This document shows positions 29,125 through 40,500 of a stretch of DNA of 64,000 nt, one piece after another. The stretch comes from an uncultured cyanobacterium. GTDB taxonomy: Bacteria > Cyanobacteriota > Cyanobacteriia > PCC-9006 > JAAUQQ01. A program made the translations under genes and the position numbers. The notes beneath the pieces are model-generated. The model was not told the origin of the DNA, ran no database searches, and saw nothing but the letters and a program-made list of their open reading frames with translations. Each line of letters starts with the position of its first letter. The first letter of the stretch is position 1. The stretch lies in contig OY970368.1 in NCBI GenBank assembly GCA_963718615.1, positions 1,920,001 through 1,984,000 of the forward strand, written 5' to 3'.

Positions 29125-30762
29125 TTAAACTAATACATCTAATGGATTTGTGTGGGCTGACTGCTCGGTGGTGCTTGCCACTTTCAATAATTGGACATAC
29201 TCCTCTGGGAAATATTGCAATGTGCTGAGAACTGGATTAGGAGCGCTCATCCCTAAACCGCACAAACTGGTTTCTTTCACCATATGGGCCAAAGCCTTGA
29301 GCTTCTCCAAATCTAATTGAGTGGCTTGTCCATTAATGAGTTGAGTAAGAAGTTCATACAATTGAACCGTTCCGGTGCGACAGGGAACGCATTTCCCGCA
29401 GGTTTCTTCTCGGCAAAAGTCCATGTAAAATCGGGCAACTTCGACCATACTGGTGTTTTGATCCATCACCACCATGCCCCCCGATCCCATCATCGAACCG
29501 ATCGCGACCAGCGAATCATAATCGACCGGTGTATCGAGTAAATCGGCGGGAATACAGCCTCCGGAAGGCCCCCCTGTCTGCACAGCCTTCACCGTTCCCT
29601 CTGGAACACCGCCCCCCATCTCCTCTACAATTTCCCGTAGTGTGATCCCCATGGGAACTTCAATAAGACCGTTATTTCGAATTTTTCCAGTCAGTGCAAA
29701 AATCTTAGTCCCCTTGCTTTTCTCGGTGCCAATGGCAGCATACCATTCAGCCCCTTCTCGAATAATTGGCACAATGTTGGCAAAGGACTCAACGTTATTG
29801 ATTAACGTCGGACAATGCCATAGGCCAGACTGGGCAGGATAGGGCGGACGGGTTCGAGGGTTGCCGCGATTGCCCTCCACTGAAGCGATTAAGGCGGTTT
29901 CTTCTCCACAGACAAATGCTCCTGCTCCAATTCGAATATCAACCTTGAAATCAAAGTGAGATTCAAAAATTTGACTGCCTAAAATGCCATATTTTTTCGC
30001 TTGCTGAATGGCCTTTTGTAGCCGCTGAATGGCTAGGGGATACTCCGCTCGTACATAGATAAAACCATGATTTGCCCCGACTGCATATCCAGCGATCGCC
30101 ATTCCCTCCAAAACCAAATGAGGATCACTTTCCAGTACGCTACGATCCATAAATGCACCCGGATCGCCTTCATCTCCATTACAAATCACATACTTTTGAT
30201 TACCTGTCATTTTTGCCACTGTGGCCCACTTCAAGCCTGTGGGATAGCCGCCGCCACCTCTGCCTCGTAAACCGCTACGGGTAATTTCATCGACGACCTC
30301 TGCCGCTGACTTTTCGTAGAGTGCTTTATAGAGCGACTGGTAGCCTCCAACCGCAATATAGTCTTCAATACTTTCAGGATCTAATTTGCCACTATGTTCC
30401 CGAACCACTTTGAGCTGGTGACTAAAGAAAGGATGAGCCATATCGCCTTGTACTGCAGTCGCTATACCGCCATTACAAGCATGGACAATACTCACCGCAT
30501 CCTCAGGTTTGACCTCCTCATACAACGCATTGGATGGGTCGATCTGAACCAGCGGTCCTCGCCCACAAAACCCCATACAGCCGACCCCTTTAACGTCGAT
30601 GCGATCGCTTAGATTTTCAGCTTTGACAGTATCTTTGAGATTGCTAAAAACCTCCAGTGCACTTGCAGCTCGACACCCCGTCGAAGTACAGCAATGCACT
30701 TGAATAGGCTTCCGTTTTGCTTGGGTTTCTGCTGCAATATCTAATAATCCTTGTAAATCCAT
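29125..30762 (-). CDS. hoxF: Bidirectional hydrogenase diaphorase subunit HoxF
   Basis: [36 protein letters not shown]. Confidence 0.97.
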   Translation of the reverse strand: MDLQGLLDIAAETQAKRKPIQVHCCTSTGCRAASALEVFSNLKDTVKAENLSDRIDVKGVGCMGFCGRGPLVQIDPSNALYEEVKPEDAVSIVHACNGGIATAVQGDMAHPFFSHQLKVVREHSGKLDPESIEDYIAVGGYQSLYKALYEKSAAEVVDEITRSGLRGRGGGGYPTGLKWATVAKMTGNQKYVICNGDEGDPGAFMDRSVLESDPHLVLEGMAIAGYAVGANHGFIYVRAEYPLAIQRLQKAIQQAKKYGILGSQIFESHFDFKVDIRIGAGAFVCGEETALIASVEGNRGNPRTRPPYPAQSGLWHCPTLINNVESFANIVPIIREGAEWYAAIGTEKSKGTKIFALTGKIRNNGLIEVPMGITLREIVEEMGGGVPEGTVKAVQTGGPSGGCIPADLLDTPVDYDSLVAIGSMMGSGGMVVMDQNTSMVEVARFYMDFCREETCGKCVPCRTGTVQLYELLTQLINGQATQLDLEKLKALAHMVKETSLCGLGMSAPNPVLSTLQYFPEEYVQLLKVASTTEQSAHTNPLDVLV

Positions 30763-30841
30763 ATCTCACACCTCTCAAGCATTAATGTCCCTGAATAACT
30801 CAACCCAAACCCTGCCTAGAATGACTCGAAACAGTGTAATT

Positions 30842-31366
30842 TTATGTACTTTTCCAAGCTTTAATTTGGGTGAGGACATCCGCAGGTTCCTGGCGACCCG
30901 CGACAACTCCATCACAGACCACCGCCGGTGCAATCCCACAGGCTCCAATACAGCGTGCGGTCAACAAAGAAATTTTGCCATCGGGGGTTGTTTTTCCCAG
31001 CTCAATCCCCAGCTCTTTGATCATAGCAGCAACAATTTTATCGCTACCTTTGACATAGCATGCGGTTCCTAGACAAACCACACAGGTGTGTTCCCCACTG
31101 GGTTTTAACGAAAACAAATGATAGAAGGTTGCAACTCCAAATACTTTACTAGGCGGAAGCTTTAAACCTCTGGCAATGTAAAGTAAAACATCGTCTTCCA
31201 GAAATCCGAAAGTTTCTTGAGCCTTATGCAAAACCTCGATCAATGCATCGGGCTTATACTGATTGCGCTTCATCGCTAAGTCGAGGGTCTTGAACCGACG
31301 ATCGGATTGTGCAGTAGATTTTTTCGATCCTGCGGTGTCCTTTGGCGTTGCATTTAGAGTTGGCAT
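30842..31366 (-). CDS. hoxE: Bidirectional hydrogenase subunit HoxE
   Basis: VATFYHLF, CLGTAC, RCIGACG. ATG at 31366 preferred over TTG at 31414. Confidence 0.95.
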   Translation of the reverse strand: MPTLNATPKDTAGSKKSTAQSDRRFKTLDLAMKRNQYKPDALIEVLHKAQETFGFLEDDVLLYIARGLKLPPSKVFGVATFYHLFSLKPSGEHTCVVCLGTACYVKGSDKIVAAMIKELGIELGKTTPDGKISLLTARCIGACGIAPAVVCDGVVAGRQEPADVLTQIKAWKST

Positions 31367-31661
31367 AGCTCTATTCCCATTCTCCCTAGGATTTCTCCTG
31401 CAATTTTCTGGCAATTTTCCCTGGTAATCGCCACTACCGATCTACCTTCATTGGTGGTTGCTTCAGATCAAGTAATCGACACAAACTTGAATTGATTTTT
31501 AAATTTGGGTGATTTGAGCTCAATAGATTTGCTAGGTTTATAGTACTCGACCTGACTTAAATAATCAACTTTAAATCGGCAAGCCAGTGATACAAAGATT
31601 GACATAAAATCTACAAACATTGCATTTTTTAAGTTTCACTAGAGTCAGCATTCAGAGGAAA

Positions 31662-31689
31662 GGGGTAGGGATGCAAAGTTCCCTACCCC
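31662..31689 (-). terminator. Stem-loop downstream of ppsA (terminator or mRNA-stabilising hairpin)
   Basis: GGGGTAGGGA-8 nt-TCCCTACCCC is a perfect 10-bp stem; only a short T run follows on the minus strand. Confidence 0.55.
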
Positions 31690-31722
31690 GATTTTGCCTA
31701 GTACTTTTGCAGCGCTATTAAG

Positions 31723-34233
31723 CTAAGTCTCGACTTGGGCGATCGCCAGCCGAGTTTTCAAAACAGAATCGGGATTTAAACTCATGGAATCAATCCCCTG
31801 CTCGACCAAAAACTGAGCAAACTCGGGATAATCGCTGGGGGCCTGACCACAGATACCAATCTTGCGTCCCTTGGCTTTAGCGGTTGCAATGACCTGCCGG
31901 ATTAAACTTTTCACGGCTTCGTTACGTTCGTCGAAAATATGGGCAACGAGGGCGGAATCGCGATCGAGACCGAGCGTTAACTGAGTCAAGTCATTCGAGC
32001 CGATGGAAAAACCGTCAAAGACATCCGCAAATTGTTCAGCCAAGACAACGTTGCTGGGTACTTCGCACATGACATAAACTTGCAGGCCATTCTCGCCGCG
32101 CTTCAGGCCATTCTTGGCCATTTCTTCTAGGACCCGCTGGCCCTCGGCAGGGGTGCGACAGAAGGGAATCATGGGGATCACGTTGTTAAGGCCCATCTCG
32201 TCGCGGACCTGTTTAATGGCTTGACATTCTAAGGCATAGGCATCGCGATAGTTGGGATCGTAATAGCGGGACGCACCCCGCCAGCCAATCATCGGGTTTT
32301 CCTCTGCGGGCTCAAACTGCCGCCCCCCAAGTAAATTGGCATATTCATTGCTCTTAAAGTCCGACATGCGCACGATCACGGGTTTGGGATAAAAAGCTGC
32401 CGCGATCATGGCAACGCCCTGGGCCAATTTATCAACAAAGAAATCGGGTTTGTGATCGTATTGAGCCGTGAGTTGGGCGATCGCCAATTTCACCTCAAAA
32501 TCGGTTAACTGATCAAATCGCAATAACGCTAGTGGATGGGCCTTAATTTGATTGGCAATAATGAACTCCAATCGCGCCAAACCCACCCCATCACAGGGGA
32601 TCGCGGCTAATCCGAACGCTTCATCGGGGTTACCCACATTCATCAGAATTTGAGTGCGGGTGCGGGGCAATTCATCCAGGGCAGTTTCTTCCAGCACAAA
32701 AGGCACCAATCCCGGATAAACCCGTCCGGTCTCGCCTTCAGCACAGGAAATCGTCACCGCTTGACCGCTTGCTAACACCTCCGTGGCATTGCCACAGCCG
32801 ACAATGGCTGGAATTCCCATTTCCCGAGCAATAATGGCAGCGTGGCAGGTTCTTCCCCCTTGGTTTGTGACAATCGCACTGGCCTTTTTCATAATGGGTT
32901 CCCAATCGGGATCGGTTCGGTTCGTAACCAAAACCTCACCCGCTTGAAACTCAGCAATGCGATGAACCGTTTCAATCACACGAGCCTGTCCTTGACCAAT
33001 GCGATCGCCCACGGCCCGCCCCGTGACCACCGGAGTTGGCAGATCATCCACGGTCAAGCGATAGCTCAAAAGGCGATTGCCCGATTTCTGGGACTGAACT
33101 GTTTCCGGACGGGCTTGAACAATAAAGAGCTCGCCCGTTTGGCCGTCCTTAGCCCACTCAATGTCCATGGGCGTATCCACACCCCGAACCTGAGAATAGT
33201 GATTTTCGATAATGCAGGCCCAGCGTGCCAGGGTCAAGATTTCCTCATCGTTAATGGCAAACCGATGGCGATCGCCCTCCGGCACCGAAATATTTTTCGT
33301 CAGCTTGCTGCCCCCGAGATCGTAGACCATTTTGATTTCTTTGCTGCCCAAACGCTTCGCCAAAATTGGGCGAAAGCCCGTTTGTAAGGTTGGTTTAAAT
33401 ACAAGAAACTCATCGGGATTGACGGCTCCTTGCACGACATTTTCGCCCAAACCGTAGGCCGCCGTGATCAAAGCTGCATGCTTAAATCCGGTCTCCGTAT
33501 CAATCGAAAACATGACGCCAGAGGCTGCGAGATCCGATCGCACCATCTTTTGAACGCCCACGGATAACGCGACCTCAAAATGGTCAAATCCTTTGAGCGT
33601 CCGGTAGGAAATCGCCCGATCGGTAAAGAGCGAAGCGAAGCATTTGTGACAGCATTCCAGCACCTGTTGAACACCATGGACATTCAAATAGGTTTCCTGC
33701 TGCCCCGCAAAACTGGCGTCGGGCAAATCCTCTGCGGTAGCGCTAGAACGCACCGCCACGTCAATGTCGTAATGACAAGCCCGTAGCCGATCCTGTTCCT
33801 CTGCGGGTAGACGGGGGGAGAGCTCAGTCTGGTTGGCAATTTTTGCACCGTATTGTTCACAAAGCTGGTAGTAGGCTGTGGCGATCGCCATCTCCAGATC
33901 CTTGGGAAAGGGGGTGTGCAAAATCAGCGATCGCGCCTGCTTTCCCCGCTGGCGCAAATTGTTGACATCTTCAACCTCTAGATCGGCAAAAATTTGCCGC
34001 AGTTGTGCTTCAATCCCCGCCTGTTTAATAAAATGGCGGTAGGCATAGGCCGTTGTGGCAAAGCCATTGGGGACCAAAATGCCTTGGGGCACTAATTGTT
34101 GAATCATTTCCCCCAGGGAAGCATTCTTGCCTCCCACCAGAGGGATATCGGTGATCCCCACTTCTCCAAACCCTAAAATTAAGGCTTGATCGCGGCTGGC
34201 TTCTGGAACAATACGGGGCGTGGTGTTAATCAT
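31723..34233 (-). CDS. ppsA: Phosphoenolpyruvate synthase
   Basis: VGGKNASLGE, AVRSSATAED, phospho-His motif GGRTCHAAI, SIGSNDLTQ. ATG at 34233 preferred. Confidence 0.96.
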   Translation of the reverse strand: MINTTPRIVPEASRDQALILGFGEVGITDIPLVGGKNASLGEMIQQLVPQGILVPNGFATTAYAYRHFIKQAGIEAQLRQIFADLEVEDVNNLRQRGKQARSLILHTPFPKDLEMAIATAYYQLCEQYGAKIANQTELSPRLPAEEQDRLRACHYDIDVAVRSSATAEDLPDASFAGQQETYLNVHGVQQVLECCHKCFASLFTDRAISYRTLKGFDHFEVALSVGVQKMVRSDLAASGVMFSIDTETGFKHAALITAAYGLGENVVQGAVNPDEFLVFKPTLQTGFRPILAKRLGSKEIKMVYDLGGSKLTKNISVPEGDRHRFAINDEEILTLARWACIIENHYSQVRGVDTPMDIEWAKDGQTGELFIVQARPETVQSQKSGNRLLSYRLTVDDLPTPVVTGRAVGDRIGQGQARVIETVHRIAEFQAGEVLVTNRTDPDWEPIMKKASAIVTNQGGRTCHAAIIAREMGIPAIVGCGNATEVLASGQAVTISCAEGETGRVYPGLVPFVLEETALDELPRTRTQILMNVGNPDEAFGLAAIPCDGVGLARLEFIIANQIKAHPLALLRFDQLTDFEVKLAIAQLTAQYDHKPDFFVDKLAQGVAMIAAAFYPKPVIVRMSDFKSNEYANLLGGRQFEPAEENPMIGWRGASRYYDPNYRDAYALECQAIKQVRDEMGLNNVIPMIPFCRTPAEGQRVLEEMAKNGLKRGENGLQVYVMCEVPSNVVLAEQFADVFDGFSIGSNDLTQLTLGLDRDSALVAHIFDERNEAVKSLIRQVIATAKAKGRKIGICGQAPSDYPEFAQFLVEQGIDSMSLNPDSVLKTRLAIAQVET

Positions 34234-34719
34234 TTTGACAAACTCCCATTCAAACAAATATTGTTCAAATCGCGTAATGACTAGTTTTATTATGGAGAAA
34301 AATCTAATGCAATCGATTCCTTATAAAGGCAAGGAAGAATCGTGCTAAATTAGGCTTCATCTAGTTTCTAATTAGCTCATCTCTCAATGAATGAATGATT
34401 GAATGAAATGAATCTTGGATGCAATGAATTTAGACTCTGCTCTCTTAATGACCGTTCTAAGTATACAAAAATTTTTAAATTAAATCTGGCTTCCGGGAAA
34501 GCCTTGATTTTTCTAAAGGTTTTTTGATAAACAACATTTTTGTTTCCAAAGTTTGAGATTTAAATTAGGATTAAACGGCAGGTTTTGGTGTGCGCTTAGG
34601 ATCGGCGCTTGAAAAGACGAAGTCGATACAGTCTTTTCGGATTTTTGGGTGTACGGTATTGGGATGTACGGTGTAATGAAATGTAATGAGAGAAGGGTTG
34701 CCCTAGTAGTAGAAACATA

Positions 34720-37460
34720 ATGATGAATGCCATCCCTTTGAATCAGCTGAGTCAGCCTCTTTGTCCTGATCCTGCACATGATATTTTGCGCTGCGATCGC
34801 CAACCCCTCACCCCCTTTTTTGCGCCTCAAACGGTCGCGGTGATTGGCGCAACAGAGCGATCGGGCAGTGTGGGCCGAACTCTATTGTGGAATTTAATTA
34901 GTAGCCCCTTTGGCGGAACCGTGTTTCCGGTGCATCCTACCCATGCTCAAGTGCTGGGGATCAAGGCCTACGCCACGATTAAAGATGTTCCGGAAGCCGT
35001 TGACTTAGCCGTGATTGCGGTGCCAGCCCGGCGAGTGCCTGAGATTGTGGACCAGTGCGGAGCCGCTGGGGTTAAGGGGATCATTATTCTTTCCGCTGGA
35101 TTTCGGGAAATCGGGCCAGCGGGAATTGAGCTAGAACAGGCGGTGTTGGCGGCGGCGCGACGACATTCGGTTCGGATCCTGGGGCCAAATTGTTTGGGGT
35201 TGATGTGTCCCACCAGTGGCCTCAATGCCACGTTTGCAGGGGCCATGGCCCGCCCCGGTAATGTGGGGTTTGTGAGTCAGAGCGGTGCGCTTTGTACGTC
35301 AATTCTGGACTGGAGTCTGCGGGAAAATGTCGGGTTTAGCGCCTTTGTGTCGATTGGCGCAATGCTGGATGTGGACTGGGGGGATTTGATCTATTACCTC
35401 GGGGATGATCCCGCAACCCACAGCATTGTGATTTATATGGAAGCGATCGGCAATGCGCGATCGTTTCTGTCCGCCGCTCGGGAAGTGGCCTTGAGCAAAC
35501 CCATTATTGTGATTAAGGCCGGTCGAACCCAGGTGGCGGCCCAAGCGGCAGCCTCCCATACGGGGGCAATGGCGGGGAGTGATGACGTTCTCGATGCGGC
35601 TTTCCGGCGTTGTGGGGTGCTGCGGGTGAATACGATTGATGAATTGTTTAACTTGGCGGAGGTTCTGGGCAAGCAGCCCCGTCCTCGGGGCAAACGCCTA
35701 ACGATTTTGACCAATGCAGGTGGACCGGGGGTATTGGCCACCGATGCCCTCATCCGAGGGGGGGAGAGTTGGCTCCCCTCAGTCCTGAAACCCTAGCGCA
35801 GCTGGATCAGCTATTGCCCCCCCATTGGAGCCGACAGAACCCCATTGACATTTTGGGGGATGCCACCCCGGAACGCTATGGCGCAGCCCTGGATGTCCTG
35901 GCCCAGGATCCCCACAGCGATGGCCTGCTGGTGATTCTGACGCCCCAGGCGATGACGGATCCCACAGCGACTGCTGCACAACTACAAAGCCGCACAGAGC
36001 ACTGGAAGGATAAACCCCTCTTGGCCAGTTGGATGGGGATGGAAGCCGTGGCCGCAGGCGAAGCCCAGCTCAATCAGAGCGGCATTTTTACACTGCCCTA
36101 TCCCGATGCGGCGGCTCAGGTCTTTACGCTGATGGCGAAGTATAGCGACAACCTGCGCGCCCTCTACGAAACGCCCAGCTTGGCCAAGGTTTCAGCGGTG
36201 GATGCCATTCCCATCGATAGGTTGTTGAACCAAGCGCGCCGGGAGCATCGGCTGCTGTTGAGTGAGTGGGAATCCAAACAATTGCTCCAGTCCTATGGCA
36301 TTCCGACGATCGCAACTCATCTCGCCCAGTCCGCTGATGAAGCTGTGGCGATCGCCCAAACCCTCGGTTACCCCGTAGTCCTCAAACTCCATTCCCACAC
36401 CATCACCCACAAAACCGATGTGGGCGGTGTCCAGCTCAATTTGCCCGATGAGCAAGCGGTGCGATCGGCCTACGACGGGATTCAAGCGATCGGCCAGCCG
36501 GGAGATGTGCTGGGGGTGACGGTACAACCCATGGTGACTCAGCAGGGCTATGAACTGATTATTGGCAGTAGCGTTGATCCCCAGTTTGGGCCGGTGTTGC
36601 TGTTTGGCAGTGGGGGGCAGTTGGTGGAGGTCTATCGCGATCGCGCCCTCGGTCTACCGCCGCTCAATACCACCTTGGCTCGGCGTCTGATGGAGCGGAC
36701 TCAGATTTACAAGGCTCTCCAGGGGGTGCGGGGCCAATCCAGTGTCGATTTGGCGGCGTTGGAACAGTTGCTGGTGCGATTTAGCCAGTTGGTGGTGGAA
36801 TACCCGGAAATCAAGGAAATCGAAATAAATCCTCTCTTGGCCTCTGCCGATCAGCTCTTGGCGCTGGATGCGCGGGTGGTGTTGCATGGGCCAGAAATCA
36901 CGCGGGAGCAGTTGCCCAAATCGGCGATTCGTCCCTATCCCAGCCAATATATCCAACCCTGGACCTTAAGGAATGGAACGCCGGTCACCATCCGACCCAT
37001 TCGCCCGGAGGATGAACCGCTGGTCGTGACGTTTCACCAAACCCTCTCGGAGGAAAGCGTTTATTTTCGCTATTTTCATTTGATTAATCTGCAAGCCCGC
37101 ATTGCCCATGAGCGGCTCACTCGCATTTGCTTTATTGATTACGACCAGGAAATGGCTTTGGTTGCGGAATATGTTGATCCCACGACGGAGGAGCGCAGAA
37201 TTTTGGGGGTGGCTCGCCTCAGTCGGTTGCATGGTCAAAATGCGGCGGAGTTTGGCATGTTGGTGAACGATCGCCATCAGGGTCAGGGGTTAGGAACGGA
37301 GTTGTTGCGATCGCTGTTGCACATTGGTCGAGCGGAGGGACTGGCCCAGATTTCGGCAACGATTTTGTCGGATAATCGGGTGATGCAGCATCTGTGTGAG
37401 AAGTTGGGCTTCCGGCTACAACGGCGGGGGAGTGAGGTGCAGGCGGTTTATTCGCCTTGA
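34720..37460 (+). pseudogene. Acetate-CoA ligase (ADP-forming)/GNAT (Pat-like) gene split by a -1 frameshift in a G7 run
   Basis: ORF 34720-35796 (CoA-binding, GPNCLG, SHTG) and ORF 35769-37460 (ATP-grasp HKTDVGGV, GNAT QGQGLG) join into one 913-aa frame ([12 protein letters not shown]) if G7 at 35758-35764 is G8. Confidence 0.85.
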
Positions 37461-37522
37461 TATCGATTGTTGGCGTATTCGCTGTAGAAGTGTCGATGTT
37501 TCTCACAATCCCCTAATGATCC

Positions 37523-40500
37523 TTACAAGCCGTTTCCAATCAAAATAAACGGAGCCCAGTAGTAGGGATTGCTCAGTTGCTCGTCTGTCATGGCGCTGCC
37601 AGTTTTGGTGCTGACGACTTCGATGCCAGCGCGTTTTAGGCCCACGGTGGTGTAGTTGCTGGAGATGAGTGCTTTTTGAGCTTCTTGGAGGGCTTGGGCT
37701 TTGGTCATGCCTTTCTGTAGAGCAGCGTAGAAGGCATCCATTAGCAATTGGGTGCCGCCGTCATCGACTTGCCAGAGGGAGGCTAGGGCGGCTTTGGCCC
37801 CGGCACGTTGGAATTGGTAGCCTAAGCCTAGGATTTCTTCTCCTTCACCGAAGCTGCCCCCAATGCCGGTCTCACAGGCGGAGAGGACAACCAGTTCTAC
37901 GTCGGTCATGGTGAGATCTTTAATTTCTGGGAGAGGAATCGTTTCGCCGCTGCCGAGGGCGAGGAAGGAGTTGTTGGCATCACCGACGACGAATTTGCCA
38001 TGGGTTGCAAGGTGAATGATGCTGAAGTTATTGAGCTCAGGCATAAGATTCTTGCGATCGAAAGTTTGCTCACGCAGGACTTTTGTGGGGAAAAGCTGGG
38101 CGAGCGAATCGACTTCGTTGAGGGTGAAGGGTATGCCGCCGAACCGAAAATCTTGATTTCCGACTTGGATACTGCGAGATTGGTTACCCCAGGCTCCGGC
38201 GAGGATGCGGGGCGCGGTTTGGGGGGCGGTATCCAATTCAGTCAGGGATTGGGCGACGATGTTGTTGGTGCGGTAACGCTCGGCAATCCATTGGTTGCCA
38301 TCGTACAGGGCGGCGAGGGGAATGTAGCGGAGAATACCGTCGGGGGCGTAGATAAGGGTGTCGGGGTTGGCGGCTTCGAGGTCGGCTTCGAGGGGTTTGA
38401 GCAGCCAGGTGTAAAGTTGTTGAGCTAACCGTTTAGTTTCTTTGATATTGTTGGGGGATTGCAGGGCGCTACGGTATTGGGTGACGGTTTCCCGCAGTTT
38501 TTGGGCGTCGAAGTTGTTAACGGTTCGGCGAAGGGGTGGGCTGTTGGGGGTGGTGATGATGAGTTCGAGGCGATCGGGGAGAATGAGGGGGGAGATGAGG
38601 ACGGCTTTGGTGTTGCGCAGGTTGTCGCGCAGGTTGTTGAGGTCTTCGAGGGGGACGATTTGTCGGGAGGTTTTTCGGCTGACTTGGTTGAGCAGGGTTT
38701 GGATGGGGTCGCTGTCGATGAAGGTGTTGAATTGGTGATTAAGGTCTTTTTCGAGGGCGACGAGTTGGGCGAGGCGGTTTTCTTGTTGGGGGCTGAGAGG
38801 TTGTTGGGTTTTAAGGTGTCGGAGTTGGGTGAGTTCTTGGCCGATTTGGATGGCGGTTTTTTGGAGTTCGTTGTAGCGATCGAGAATTTCTTGCTCGGGT
38901 TTGAGGATAATTAATGGATCGTTGGTTGTGCCACGGGTGTTTTTGAGGTAGTCTTCGAGCTCTTGGACTTTGAGGAGATCAAGGACTTGTTGGGCTTCGA
39001 GGATGCGGTCTTGTTGGAGGAGGAGGTCGGCGAGGGTGCGGTAGGTGTCGGAGATGGAGTTGGTGTAGGATTCTTGGATTTCGCGTTCAAGGCGGGTGAG
39101 GTTGCCGCGAATGTTTTCGTAGGTGTTGATGGCTTGTTTGTAGAAGACGATCGCCAGTTCTGGCTGTTGTTGCTGAATTTGGAGGGCTCCGAGGTGGGCG
39201 AGGGTTTGGGCTTGGGTGGGTCGATCGCCGACTTCCTGGGCAAGGGCAAGGGATTGCTGCAAGGTGGTTTGGGCATCAGCGGTTTGGTTGAGTTGGGTTT
39301 GGGCTTGGCCGATGAAGCTTTGAGTGTAGGCTATGTCTCGTTTTGCGGAAAGTTTTTGGTCAACAGCGAGGGCTTGTTGGAAGAAGTCTAGGGCTTTTTC
39401 GGGTTGGGATTGGGCTAGGTAAACTTGACCGATGCCGCTGAGGATGTTGCCTTCGCGGCTGAGGGCTCCGTTGGTTTGGGTGATGGTGAGGGCTTGTTGA
39501 TAGTAGGTGAGGGCATCGGTGGTTTTGCCTTGAGCAATATAAACTTTGGCAATAACAGTCATTAACTCAGCTTCTAGTCCTTGGGCTTTTAATTTCCGAG
39601 CTAATGAGAGGGCTTGTTCATATTTATCTAGAGCGCGCTGAAACTGGCCCAGTTTGAGATAGACGCCAGCAGTTTGTCCTGCAGATTGAATGATTTGTTG
39701 TTGATCTCCGACTGTTTTGAAGAGTTCCTCTGCTTGTTGAACATATTGAAGTGCAGTAGCATAATCTCCTTGCTCAGAATAGAGTACACCCAAGTTGACA
39801 TATACAGTTGCTTGACCCTCACGATCTTGATATTCATTATGAATTGCAAGAGCTTGTCGATAGAAACTTTCGGATTTTGCCTGTTCACCTTGAGCACCAT
39901 AAATTGAACCAATATTGTTCAATATGCTACCTATTGCACCATGAACAGAATTACTCATTCGCTGAATAGCATCAATCGAACCTTTTGTTGGCTTAAGAAA
40001 TGCTTGGAATTCTTCACCACAGTCAAAAATCTCTGGAGGCGTATCAATGCCTAAATCACAGTGTAATAGTCGCAAATTTTCTGGAGTCGGACCTTTTGCA
40101 AGCTGATTGTAAGTCTTTTGAGAAGATGCAAGAATTTCCTGAAAAACAGACAAAGCATTATCATATTGACCTTGTACAGACCAAATTTTTGCAATATTAT
40201 TCAATATGATTTCTTTTGGTTCTTCAGAGTCAATTAACAAAGCTTGCTCATAAACGGACAAGGATTTAGTATAATTACCTTGATTTTCATAGATTGAAGC
40301 AATTCTAATAAGGACGAAAGCCTTGTAAAAATCAGATGTTTTTGCGTGATAGCTTTCCAATTGTTTATTTAGAAAATCTAGTCCCTTTACATATTCTCCA
40401 CGAAACTCATAAATATTTGCTATGCCCTGAAAGAGTACCATTTCAGCAAGATCGACAACTACCTGAAAGTCTTTAGAGTAATTTTGCCCAGAATTTATAT

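Noticed and set aside
31420-31720. LexA boxes upstream of hoxE
   Set aside because: AGTAC half-sites are present (~31542, ~31700) but neither completes the RGTAC-N3-DGTWCB consensus.
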